The position numbers and the translations under genes are program-made. DNA of 64,000 bases, taken from Patescibacteria group bacterium (GTDB taxonomy: Bacteria > Patescibacteriota > Microgenomatia > Levybacterales > UBA12049). Of this stretch, positions 9,057 through 18,276 are shown piece by piece. The DNA is taken from contig JBBTVD010000006.1 in assembly GCA_038063415.1 (NCBI GenBank), positions 9,948 to 73,947 of the forward strand, written 5' to 3'. The stretch's first letter is position 1; every line of letters begins with the position of its first letter. The notes beneath the pieces were generated by a model that was not told the origin of the DNA, did no database searches, and saw only the letters and a program-made list of their open reading frames with translations.

Positions 9057-12000
9057 CTAATCATTATATTGCCTCGTACCTCTGCAATAGGGGAACTTAC
9101 TACATCCATAGAATTTTCCGTATTTGCCATTTCTCAATACCATTTTTGAATTACAGTTAGGACAGTTTTCATGGTCAGATAAATATATAGGTGTCTGAGA
9201 AGAAACACTTTTCTTTTTACATAAATTACAAAATTTACCAATTCCGGTTATAAGAGATTTATCTTCAAACTGATAAGCATCTCTAAATTCTCCACATTTG
9301 GGACATTCTTTCATTTTTCCATTCTGCAAATTTTCAATTGTAGAATGAATATCGTCTAGTAATGGGTTTACTCTATGACGGTTTTTTACTAACTCTTCGA
9401 TTCTTTGATTTAATGTCTCAATTGGAGATTTTCCAATATTAAATCGATTAATTCTAAGGAATTTATATCCATAGCTTTCTAATACTTTTTCTCGATAAAC
9501 ATCTTGATCATTGTAATAATCTTGATAATTGAATTCATTTACGTCTTCATCCTCTTTAAAGTGTTCTTTAAATCCATCGTATTCAATTATTATTTTGTGT
9601 TCTCGCTTTCGTTCATCTATATAAACAAGCAAGAAATCTGTTTTATACGCAGGATGATTATATGATTTATTTAATTGTTTTAAATATTGACCGAGTTCAA
9701 ATTGTGGGAAAAAGTCTATATTGTCTTTATTATTTTTCCAAAACTGAGTTTGATAAAACCAATTCATTACTTCTTTCTCCATAGGGGAGTTCTTATCAGT
9801 CTCACTTACATCTCGTTCTTTTTTGGCTTCTTCCAAAGCAAACTTATAATGCATTAAAGCATTCCCAATAGATCCGCTAAATTCCTCTGGCTTTTTACTT
9901 AATACAAAATGCATGGTTTCTTGAGCACGACTAAAGCCAACATTTAAACGCTGCGCCTTAATCTTTCCGTCTTCTTCAATGTTAATACTATTTAAATCAC
10001 TGATGAAGATATATCCTAATCGATCATCTTGAGGAGTTGCTACCATTGAGTAAAAGATTGTATCTCGCTCTTCTCCTTGGCAGGTATCAAACGTCATGAT
10101 TTTCAATTTCAAATCCTTAAAATAGTAATCTCTTTCAGGTAATTTATTAATTCGATCACTTAATAATTTTTGTTGATCTGTATGTGGAGTTATTATTCCA
10201 ACACTTATTTTCTGATCATCTTTATGCATTTTTTCTAGCTCACTTATTATGTAGTCAATCTCTAACGAATTAGTTGTAGGAATCAAGTCTGTTTTGCCAT
10301 CAGATTCAATAATTTTAAATTTAAGCACATCGCTAATCTTTTTACCTCTTATCTTCATTACCTGAAGACTATCTTGATAGAAATATTTATTTGAATAAGA
10401 AATAATTTCTTTGTATCCTCTAAAATGCTTGATGAGTTGAATATTATAATTACTAATAAATTCAAAAAAGTCCAGTATGGAGGTTTTTATATTAAACTTT
10501 TCAAGCTTAACTAATTTTGCATTTTCTTTGGATATGTGTTTTGTGAACACTGATTTAAGATTATTCAGATACTCGGTATTTGTGTCAGATCGAGCTTGAG
10601 CTGCTTTTACATTACTAAACTGTTTCTTATCACCCAAAATTAGTACCTTTTTAGCTCTCAACAATGCAGGGAATGCTTGAGCAATACTTACCTGAGATGC
10701 TTCATCAATAATTACTAGATCAAAAATATCTGGCTCAAGAGGTATGTATTCAGCATAATCTCTTATTCCAGCTAAAATACAAGGAAATGCTTCTTTTAAT
10801 TTCGAAAATTCATCTTTGGGAAATTTTTGCTTCTTTTTAATTATTTCTCTCAATGTTTTTGCAGTTGCTCTACTATTTTCGTAAAAATCAATTAAACGCC
10901 CATCCATAATATAAGTCATCTGAGTTATCATTAGGTCTTCAATTATCTTTTTTTGATTGGAGTAATCACTAAAAGATATGCCCTTAAATTCTTTGGAAAT
11001 CTTTTGTAGTAAGCTTAAGTAGCGGAGTAACTTTTCAAAATCTAAATCTGTCATTCCTGTTAATTTATTATTATGAAAAGTCTCAAGAGAATTATTTATA
11101 CCAATATTCTGTGCGGACAAAGGATATATCTCTTTGAATAAATTAACACTTGAAAATAGAGCTTCGAGTGTTTCAATTTTTTCTAAATAATTTTCAAATT
11201 GATCGCTTATAATAAAAGTGCTGACAAACTTTATATAATCGAATTTATCTCCTTTTACGCTTAGCAACTGCTTTTGCAATTCGTCTGCGGATTTATAGAT
11301 ACGTACACACTCTTCAAGCAAGCTAATTTTGCTATGGGCATCTTTGATGGTTGATTGAGGAAATGAGATTTGAAAATCTGCATCTAATTTTTTAATTTTA
11401 TCTTTCTTAAATGTGTAGCCTAAAATCCAATTTTTTTCATTTTCATATTTAGTTACATATTCTTCTAATACAACGACATCTTTATCTGAAATTGGACCTA
11501 GTTGCTTTAAATTATTAATATTATCTTTATATATCTCATGCAACTTTAAAAAAATAGTTTTTACTTCTGCAAGGAATATTTTATGCGTCTGTAACTCTTC
11601 TATATTTTTAAGTTTGGAAAAGGAAAAACCGCTCAGTTTAATATATAATTGCTCTTCATCTGTTAAAGAAGAATCTTCAAGTTTGCCTTTAATTTCTAAG
11701 AATATACTTCTCAATTCATCGAGATCAGAAATGCCGTTGTCATTAGACACAATCTCTTCTTTGTCTACAATTGCCTTACTAGTTATAAAAAACTCTTCAA
11801 GATTAAAAAATTCATATATCTCATCGATATTTATATGACTATATGAATAAATTTCTGCTTGCAAATCCTCATTTAGAGAATTTAATCTTTTATCTATATC
11901 ACTTTCGACAGACGCATGATTGCTTTTTACAACTCTGTAATTAGCTTTAATATTCTCAATTGCAGAAGTAGCTAAAATTTGATTATAAGTACTCCCTGTT

Positions 12001-13625
12001 TTACCTAATCTTAAAAGAGGGTTTTGAAAATTCTTATCCAGTCTAACTTTATTTAAGGTCTGAGTAATTTTATCTTCTACAACATCTAATGCTTCTTTTT
12101 TATCTGAAAGGACCAAGATGGATTTATTTTCTAAAATGGCATTAAAAGCAATTGCCGTTATTGTATGACTCTTCCCAGTACCAGGAGGACCCTCAACGGT
12201 AATATAACTACAATCATCTTTTTTTAATGCAGAAAGTAGCTGTAATTGCTCACTATTTAGAGGAATTGGACTTCTCGCTATTAATTTCTCGCTCACCTCT
12301 AAGTTATCCCACTCTTCCTCTACAGCTGGATTAAATGGAGAAGGATCTTTGTATAGGAAGTCATTAATAAGTGAATTAAATTTCTCACCTAATATACTTT
12401 CTTCTTCTGCGCTTAATAACTGAAGAATATCTTCATAGTCATTAACTAACGCCTCATCAGATTTATCAAATAATGAAAAATATATGCTATTCGAAATTCT
12501 TACTGTAAAACTTTTTGCTAATTGTAATTTTGAGTCCTTGGTATCAAGCTTTTCATCCAGGCTAAAGAAGTTAACAAGCTCATCAAATATATCTTGGATA
12601 TTTGTGGCAAAAAGGCTTGGATCATCATTAATATAAATTATTCTTTCTGTAATCAACTTTAAATTGCCTCTTTTTTCCTGCTCTCTATTAAATTCTTGAG
12701 TAATAAACTCCAAGGCTTTTTTATTTATATAAACTTGAGGTTCAAAGTTTATATTTATTGAATCGCTTATCCTCTCCACAGAAAACGGAATGTAAAAAAT
12801 TGGATATTTTATATTGCTATATGTAATATCTCCAAAATACAAATAAAACTCTTGCTTATCGAGTATATTTTGATTCTTCATTAACTCATATACTTCTGAA
12901 AATAAATCGGTGACTTTAAAGGCTTCAAAAAAAGTGGTAATTATTGCTTTTACATCTTTAAGATCAAGAAGAGGCTTCAATTCTTGTTCAACGTTAACCT
13001 TTTCCTTTGCAATTAATAATTGTAGGATTTCAGATATTTTACTTTCAACCTGTTTAGTAAGTATATCCGTTAACTCTACCTCCATCAGATAGATACCATT
13101 CTCGTCAGTTAAATGCAGATTATCTAATGGTTTTTCTATACTTGAGAGAAATGGGAGGACAAAAGTTGTCTTTATCGCTTTAGATACGTTTTCTAAAGTA
13201 TTTGCGAGAGCTTGATCATATTCTTGCTTATTTATAATTGATTCTTCCTGAACTTCTTTGGATATCTTTGTAATAATCTGATTTATATCTTTACTACTAA
13301 TTTTCCCTATCTGAATCTTGATAAGATTAAGTAAGTTTTCTGGAATATTTACTTTATACACTCCTTTAGAAACAGTTTTCAACTGATCTTCACCGAATGA
13401 ATGACGAATAGTATTCCAAATAACATCAACGAATGTAGGATATTTTCCTAGATTCACTCCGACTAAAAGGTTGTCATTATTATGAAGTTTAATTGTTCTC
13501 CGAGGATTTTTATGCTTATGGAAATCTGACTCAAGAAAATCCATAAAGTACTTAGCAACTTCAATGATAAATTCTTTTCCACTACCTTGAAATGAAGCCA
13601 TTTTTTGTTTTACAGAGTCTTCCAT
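9057..13625 (-). CDS. giant SF1 helicase-nuclease: DUF4011-like N-terminus, AAA_11/AAA_12 Upf1/DNA2-like helicase, DUF559/Vsr-like endonuclease domain and a topoisomerase-type zinc ribbon (Hhe-like)
   Basis: 1522 aa. Helicase motifs GPPGTGKSHT, VIIDEASQV, TCQGEERD, RLNVGFSRAQ. C-terminal region EYDGFKEH resembles DUF559/PD-(D/E)xK. Terminal CPKCG...CPNCNSKMVLRNGKYGKFYGCSKFPYC resembles the Topo I C4 zinc ribbon. Confidence 0.75.
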   Translation of the reverse strand: MEDSVKQKMASFQGSGKEFIIEVAKYFMDFLESDFHKHKNPRRTIKLHNNDNLLVGVNLGKYPTFVDVIWNTIRHSFGEDQLKTVSKGVYKVNIPENLLNLIKIQIGKISSKDINQIITKISKEVQEESIINKQEYDQALANTLENVSKAIKTTFVLPFLSSIEKPLDNLHLTDENGIYLMEVELTDILTKQVESKISEILQLLIAKEKVNVEQELKPLLDLKDVKAIITTFFEAFKVTDLFSEVYELMKNQNILDKQEFYLYFGDITYSNIKYPIFYIPFSVERISDSININFEPQVYINKKALEFITQEFNREQEKRGNLKLITERIIYINDDPSLFATNIQDIFDELVNFFSLDEKLDTKDSKLQLAKSFTVRISNSIYFSLFDKSDEALVNDYEDILQLLSAEEESILGEKFNSLINDFLYKDPSPFNPAVEEEWDNLEVSEKLIARSPIPLNSEQLQLLSALKKDDCSYITVEGPPGTGKSHTITAIAFNAILENKSILVLSDKKEALDVVEDKITQTLNKVRLDKNFQNPLLRLGKTGSTYNQILATSAIENIKANYRVVKSNHASVESDIDKRLNSLNEDLQAEIYSYSHINIDEIYEFFNLEEFFITSKAIVDKEEIVSNDNGISDLDELRSIFLEIKGKLEDSSLTDEEQLYIKLSGFSFSKLKNIEELQTHKIFLAEVKTIFLKLHEIYKDNINNLKQLGPISDKDVVVLEEYVTKYENEKNWILGYTFKKDKIKKLDADFQISFPQSTIKDAHSKISLLEECVRIYKSADELQKQLLSVKGDKFDYIKFVSTFIISDQFENYLEKIETLEALFSSVNLFKEIYPLSAQNIGINNSLETFHNNKLTGMTDLDFEKLLRYLSLLQKISKEFKGISFSDYSNQKKIIEDLMITQMTYIMDGRLIDFYENSRATAKTLREIIKKKQKFPKDEFSKLKEAFPCILAGIRDYAEYIPLEPDIFDLVIIDEASQVSIAQAFPALLRAKKVLILGDKKQFSNVKAAQARSDTNTEYLNNLKSVFTKHISKENAKLVKLEKFNIKTSILDFFEFISNYNIQLIKHFRGYKEIISYSNKYFYQDSLQVMKIRGKKISDVLKFKIIESDGKTDLIPTTNSLEIDYIISELEKMHKDDQKISVGIITPHTDQQKLLSDRINKLPERDYYFKDLKLKIMTFDTCQGEERDTIFYSMVATPQDDRLGYIFISDLNSINIEEDGKIKAQRLNVGFSRAQETMHFVLSKKPEEFSGSIGNALMHYKFALEEAKKERDVSETDKNSPMEKEVMNWFYQTQFWKNNKDNIDFFPQFELGQYLKQLNKSYNHPAYKTDFLLVYIDERKREHKIIIEYDGFKEHFKEDEDVNEFNYQDYYNDQDVYREKVLESYGYKFLRINRFNIGKSPIETLNQRIEELVKNRHRVNPLLDDIHSTIENLQNGKMKECPKCGEFRDAYQFEDKSLITGIGKFCNLCKKKSVSSQTPIYLSDHENCPNCNSKMVLRNGKYGKFYGCSKFPYCRGTRQYND

Positions 13626-13788
13626 AAGTTATTACCATTGTCCTTTATATGAACTTAAAATTCAAGGGTATTGAAGCAAAATGCTGCACATCTTGGCTAC
13701 TGAAGAGCAATTATCATCCTAGCTTTATTATAAAAAATCCAGATTCGACTATAAAGGGAATCTAGCCTTATGGTGTTATAATCTAATA

Positions 13789-14775
13789 ATGCATTTTAAT
13801 AAAACAATCTTACTTTTGGGTGCCGGGTTTTCAAAGAATTTTGGTGGACTCCTAGCAAGAGAAATGTGGGCAAAAATATTTAATCATCCTTTATTGGATA
13901 CTGCTGGAGACGTAAAGTTAGCTTTAAGGCATGATTTTAATTTTGAAACTGTCTATTCTGCAATGTATAACTTTACTGAGAATGGGAAAAAAGATCAATT
14001 TAAAGTTTTGGAACAAATTTTACAAGATGTTTATAAAAATATGAACGATATATTACTCAACCCGGCTGCTGATACTGGAGTAAATATTAGTTTGCTACAA
14101 AATAATTTTATAAACAAATTCACGGATGATGGTAGTGGAGGGTTTGGTGCATGTTTTTCATTGAATCAAGATTTATTTTTTGAGAAATTCTTTAATAGAA
14201 ATCCACTAGGTCCAGCATCAATAATTTATGGAACTAACCCTAATACTGTTCATGCAGGCGAACTTAATATAGATAAAAATCTTCCAACTCCAGAACAAAT
14301 GGATGCTTATAAAGCACAATTTCAGGAACGAGGGTTTGGATTTATTAAATTGCATGGTTCATTAAACTGGATTACCGCGGATGGTAATTCCGCCAAAGTC
14401 ATTGGAATAAATAAACCTGAAATCATCTCATCCATCCCTTTACTCAAATGGTATAGAGAATTATTTGCACAAGCTGTTCAACAAGAAAATATTAAATTAG
14501 TTGTTTATGGATACAGCTTTAATGATAAGTATATCAACGATATTATTGTAGATGCCATTCATGGTAAGCCTGATAGAAAAGCAAGTAATGCGAAAATTTA
14601 TATTGTTTCACCAGAGAATCCTAAAGATTTGAAGGAGAGACTTGAAAAGACAGATCATGGCGAAATATGGAATGCTGTAGATGGTTATTTCCCATATCTT
14701 ATGCGTGATTTATTCCCAGCTAATGGACAAACTACTTCTCAGTATAATGAACTTATTACGCGTATTGGATTTTAA
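13789..14775 (+). CDS. stand-alone SIR2-like domain protein
   Basis: 328 aa. N-terminal LLLGAGFSKNFGG (SIR2-type GAGxS loop). Divergent from the helicase-nuclease gene. Confidence 0.65.
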   Translation: MHFNKTILLLGAGFSKNFGGLLAREMWAKIFNHPLLDTAGDVKLALRHDFNFETVYSAMYNFTENGKKDQFKVLEQILQDVYKNMNDILLNPAADTGVNISLLQNNFINKFTDDGSGGFGACFSLNQDLFFEKFFNRNPLGPASIIYGTNPNTVHAGELNIDKNLPTPEQMDAYKAQFQERGFGFIKLHGSLNWITADGNSAKVIGINKPEIISSIPLLKWYRELFAQAVQQENIKLVVYGYSFNDKYINDIIVDAIHGKPDRKASNAKIYIVSPENPKDLKERLEKTDHGEIWNAVDGYFPYLMRDLFPANGQTTSQYNELITRIGF

Positions 14776-14964
14776 TAGCATTGTCTGTTTAAGAGTATTC
14801 ATGAGATAACTATCTCGAATTACAGTCTCATGGTTCTAATCCGTATTGAACGACCTCACGAACATATCCGAACGCTAGCTTCTGTATCCATTCTTTGAGG
14901 GTGTGAATCATGAGGGTACGGTTGCGATACCGCACGTCTTTGCTGAGCGGTCCGGTCTAGAACC
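14776..14964. repeat. att-arm-like segment, paralogous to 37063-37243 and ending in a degenerate copy of the tRNA-Gln 3' end
   Basis: Richer in G+C than the flanks. Shares blocks (acctc.cg.acat..cgaac..tagc; atatccga...ctttgagggt.t; ggtacg) with the sequence between recombinase B and tRNA-Gln. Ends ...cggtccggtctagaacc, similar to ccggacctggattcgaacc of the tRNA. Confidence 0.45.
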
Positions 14965-15118
14965 TTCTTATCCTTATAACGATTGTCTCACATCAAGGCT
15001 AAACGAGACAAATGAGACACTATAAAAAGGGATGTCTCAAATGATAATGATGTAGTTTGATATAGAAGACCACCACATTGGAACTCTCTTCCTGTAAGGA
15101 ATATACTTGAACTAATAT

Positions 15119-15763
15119 ATGGCAAAAAAGACAAAACTAATGAGCATGCGAAAGCTGATCTATTTAGTACTATCTATAGTAATTCTTGGTCTTGGTGCTC
15201 TAGTTTGGTATAAAAACTGGCAAAGCAAGTTTGAAGCTCCTAGACAAAATACTCAATCAATTGGGTTTACTTTTAAGAAAGATACCTCCTTAACGGCAGT
15301 AGTTGGTGATCTTCACTATTACGGATTCATTAAAGATGAAGGTGCGTTTATATACGCATTAGCGCACACAAAAGATAATACTCCAGGCAAAGAGAGTGCT
15401 CTTACTATTGGGAGTAACACCATCAACCGAGAAGCTAGATATAAAATCTCTCAAAGTATGACTGCTTGGCAAATAGCGGACGTACTACTTAACCAAGGTG
15501 AACTTAGTACATGTGACCACGGCTGTCCTGATAGTAACTTTGATCCTGAACTTCTTCCGGGTGGCGATTTGGCACCCACTCTGAAAGAAAAGTACTCTGG
15601 GGTTAAAACCTACGAAGATTGCACCAAGGCGATTGGCCACGATGGCGGGCAACTTTCTTCAGAACAATATGCTCAGAGAACTGGAATTAGGAGATGTGTC
15701 GCTCCTGATGGGCGAGAATTTACTCAAGGGAAAGAAGGTTGGTCAGATGTCCCTACTCCTTAG
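15119..15763 (+). CDS. membrane-anchored hypothetical protein
   Basis: 214 aa with an N-terminal TM helix (LIYLVLSIVILGLGALVWY). Composition is more G+C-rich than neighbouring island genes. No recognisable catalytic motif. Confidence 0.5.
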   Translation: MAKKTKLMSMRKLIYLVLSIVILGLGALVWYKNWQSKFEAPRQNTQSIGFTFKKDTSLTAVVGDLHYYGFIKDEGAFIYALAHTKDNTPGKESALTIGSNTINREARYKISQSMTAWQIADVLLNQGELSTCDHGCPDSNFDPELLPGGDLAPTLKEKYSGVKTYEDCTKAIGHDGGQLSSEQYAQRTGIRRCVAPDGREFTQGKEGWSDVPTP

Positions 15764-16415
15764 GTGGTCGACCCCTTTTTACAGTAACTGTTCCTGGTAT
15801 ATTAGTTTGAGCTAGTTTGTGGCTAATCGCTCCTATATTTACGTCGTACGCCTCCAATCTAGGACTGTAGGACACAACACGAGCAATAGTATCAGGATGA
15901 TTGGAAACTTCTTGGACTGAAAATGCTTTTAAGTCAGTTTTCAAAGCCAATAGGTTATCTGTTACGGCTTGGTGATCAATTTCTAAATCCTTGCCAATAT
16001 GAATAAGAATCCAGTATCCTTCTGGTAACTGGAACTTACCCCCACGCTCACTTAATTTTTCTACCAATGATTTTTTAGGTAAACCAAGTTTGTTTCTACC
16101 ATAAAATGTCATTTCAATAGGAGCTATTTCTTGTGTTTCATCAGAGACTGGTCGCATTAGAAATGCATCAGGCGAATCATCAATATTATTCATTTGTACG
16201 AAGCATGAATGCTCTTGCATTGTATAGAAAGCTAAGCCAAAGATCGCCAAGTCGCGTAGTTCGCGAATCCTTTTATGCTTGCCGTTGTACTCAATCTCAT
16301 CATGACCAATGCCTGTGGCTTGTTTTTGATACTCAAAATAAGCCATATCAGGTCTTAGCCACACCTTATCGTGAGGAATCGTAAATTTTCTCGATGGTTT
16401 CTGCGCGTCTTTCAT
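15753..16415 (-). CDS. hypothetical protein, gene 4 of a four-gene operon
   Basis: 220 aa, no recognisable domain. Overlaps or abuts upstream genes on the same strand. Confidence 0.55.
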   Translation of the reverse strand: MKDAQKPSRKFTIPHDKVWLRPDMAYFEYQKQATGIGHDEIEYNGKHKRIRELRDLAIFGLAFYTMQEHSCFVQMNNIDDSPDAFLMRPVSDETQEIAPIEMTFYGRNKLGLPKKSLVEKLSERGGKFQLPEGYWILIHIGKDLEIDHQAVTDNLLALKTDLKAFSVQEVSNHPDTIARVVSYSPRLEAYDVNIGAISHKLAQTNIPGTVTVKRGRPPKE

Positions 16416-16423
16416 ATATTAAA

Positions 16424-17440
16424 TTAATCTTTGGACTTCTTGATTCCGACCCTCCCGAGTATAACAAAATATAAGTAGAGAACGAGGGTAGTATTTTGGA
16501 AATTACACTCCGCAGGAGCTATTTCACCATGAGCGATTTTATGTCTGAGCTTATATCCCATGGGCTCAAAGAGAACGAACTTAATTTGCCTACAGAAGTC
16601 TTCTCCAAATATTTTTATAAAATCTTCTGAATCAAAATCTCTTTCAGAAAGTACTTTCGTACGTGTGGCTGTATCGACTGTGGTATCTAAGGCGACAGTA
16701 CTAATGCCCAGTTGTTTGGCTATGCTTAATAAAAATGATTCAAACTGTGGAACTAAAATATGAAGAGCAGAAATATAATCCTCCTCATAATATTTTTTAA
16801 TACCAACAAGTACTATCTTAAGTTGATTGGGAGTAAACAATTCTGATTTAGAAAAATAATCAGATATTTCTTCAATGTTCATCATCTCTCCATAAGGGTT
16901 GCCATTTATTAGCATATACATTAATCGATTTAGACACAAAGTAACTATCTGTTTCAAACTTAAATCATACATTTGCATAAACCATGAGTATTCTGCTAAC
17001 GAGCCCCCACGCAAGTTGTGACCTTCGTCTGAAATAGTAGTTAATGTTGCAAACTGATAAGTGATTGGCATTGTTCTCTTAGCCAAAATATCCACATCTT
17101 TAACTTTGGGCATAAAATCAGGGTGCTGGCCAATAATCTTCAGTACTCGGTTTTTATCATCGATCTTGAGAATACCTACAATAAAGTTTTTAAGAGAATT
17201 ACTTTGTTCTTCGGTCAGATCATGTACAAACTCATGTTCTTGAAAATCCTTGCCAGACTCAATAGATTTTTTATTCATTTCCACAACCTTCGCCTTACAA
17301 AGTTTTATGGATACAGAGTCTTCAAGTTTTTTTGCCATTTCAAGCGCTTCCTTATATATAATCGCGGCACTAAAGAAACTTTCTGAATTTTCAGCTGTCT
17401 TTGCCTCCTCAATTTTTTTGTTAAGATCCGTTTTGTTCAT
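16424..17440 (-). CDS. hypothetical protein with a C-terminal HEPN-like (Abi_2-type R-x-x-I-A-H) motif
   Basis: 338 aa. C-terminal LRHKIAHGE fits the Rx4-6H HEPN signature and the Abi_2 (AbiD/AbiF) RxxxAH pattern. 4-bp overlap with the upstream gene. Confidence 0.55.
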   Translation of the reverse strand: MNKTDLNKKIEEAKTAENSESFFSAAIIYKEALEMAKKLEDSVSIKLCKAKVVEMNKKSIESGKDFQEHEFVHDLTEEQSNSLKNFIVGILKIDDKNRVLKIIGQHPDFMPKVKDVDILAKRTMPITYQFATLTTISDEGHNLRGGSLAEYSWFMQMYDLSLKQIVTLCLNRLMYMLINGNPYGEMMNIEEISDYFSKSELFTPNQLKIVLVGIKKYYEEDYISALHILVPQFESFLLSIAKQLGISTVALDTTVDTATRTKVLSERDFDSEDFIKIFGEDFCRQIKFVLFEPMGYKLRHKIAHGEIAPAECNFQNTTLVLYLYFVILGRVGIKKSKD

Positions 17441-18264
17441 TGTGATTTCCCAAAGTTAATCTGTTGCATCCACTCTTTTTGATTATGCGCTGACATAAAT
17501 GATGGATCTTGAGAAACCATAGCAAAAAGTATGGACATAACTGGTTTACTCTCTTTATCGTAAGGGAAAGTTAGTAAACAAATAAATCCCATTGATTCAG
17601 AAGAAATAGAAGAGCGAAGATCATCTGTAGCCTTCTTTAAATCGATACTCAAGTTTGTTTCACTTGAATATGGCATGACTAGAACACAATTAATGCTTGC
17701 GGGTTTTTGAAAGTACTTTTTATATATTTTAAGTCCTTCAGTAAGTTGATAATTAGGATTGCCTTTAACAGAAATCTTTGGGTTGATCATCAAAGATTTT
17801 AATTCTAACGGAATAGATATAGTCTCTTTAGCGGTGTTTTTTGGTAATCCAAGTAAAAAACCGTCCCAGCTACCTTTTCTGAAATGTGCTTTTACACCTA
17901 TTGTCTGATCAGGGAGTTGCCATGATGGAATTAACGTATAGTCAGTGCTATGTTTGCCTAATGTGTATGTCGTCTGGAGCACTCCTACCAAAATAGCTAG
18001 CTCGATTGCTCTCAAATCATTATCAAAGTCGAACTCGTTGAGAAGTTGGATATCCTTAGCTCTTTTCATGAGTACATTTTGCAAATGCTCAGTGTTAGAT
18101 AGCTGTTTGGAATTGCTGAGCAACTCTTGCTCGAAATACTTTTTTATTTGTCTGTAGAGATATTTGACATCATATGCGGCCTGAAAATTTATTGTTCCGT
18201 TGACCGTTTTGGCTAAAATATTTATGACCTTTGGTTTATCATTCTTCAAAACTGGACTTTCCAT
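17437..18264 (-). CDS. hypothetical protein, gene 2 of the operon
   Basis: 275 aa, no recognisable motif. Translationally coupled to the downstream gene. Confidence 0.55.
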   Translation of the reverse strand: MESPVLKNDKPKVINILAKTVNGTINFQAAYDVKYLYRQIKKYFEQELLSNSKQLSNTEHLQNVLMKRAKDIQLLNEFDFDNDLRAIELAILVGVLQTTYTLGKHSTDYTLIPSWQLPDQTIGVKAHFRKGSWDGFLLGLPKNTAKETISIPLELKSLMINPKISVKGNPNYQLTEGLKIYKKYFQKPASINCVLVMPYSSETNLSIDLKKATDDLRSSISSESMGFICLLTFPYDKESKPVMSILFAMVSQDPSFMSAHNQKEWMQQINFGKSQ

Positions 18265-18276
18265 AGTATTCTTGCA

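Larger units (their letters stand above)
1..14964. mobile_element. putative integrative island A (SIR2-HerA, DUF2779, HTH pair, recombinase A, Hhe-like helicase, SIR2-like); left end outside the window
   Basis: Inferred from the paralogous recombinase plus upstream small-protein module, and from the att-arm-like repeat with a degenerate tRNA-Gln 3' end at 14776-14964. Lower G+C than the core region. Confidence 0.35.
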
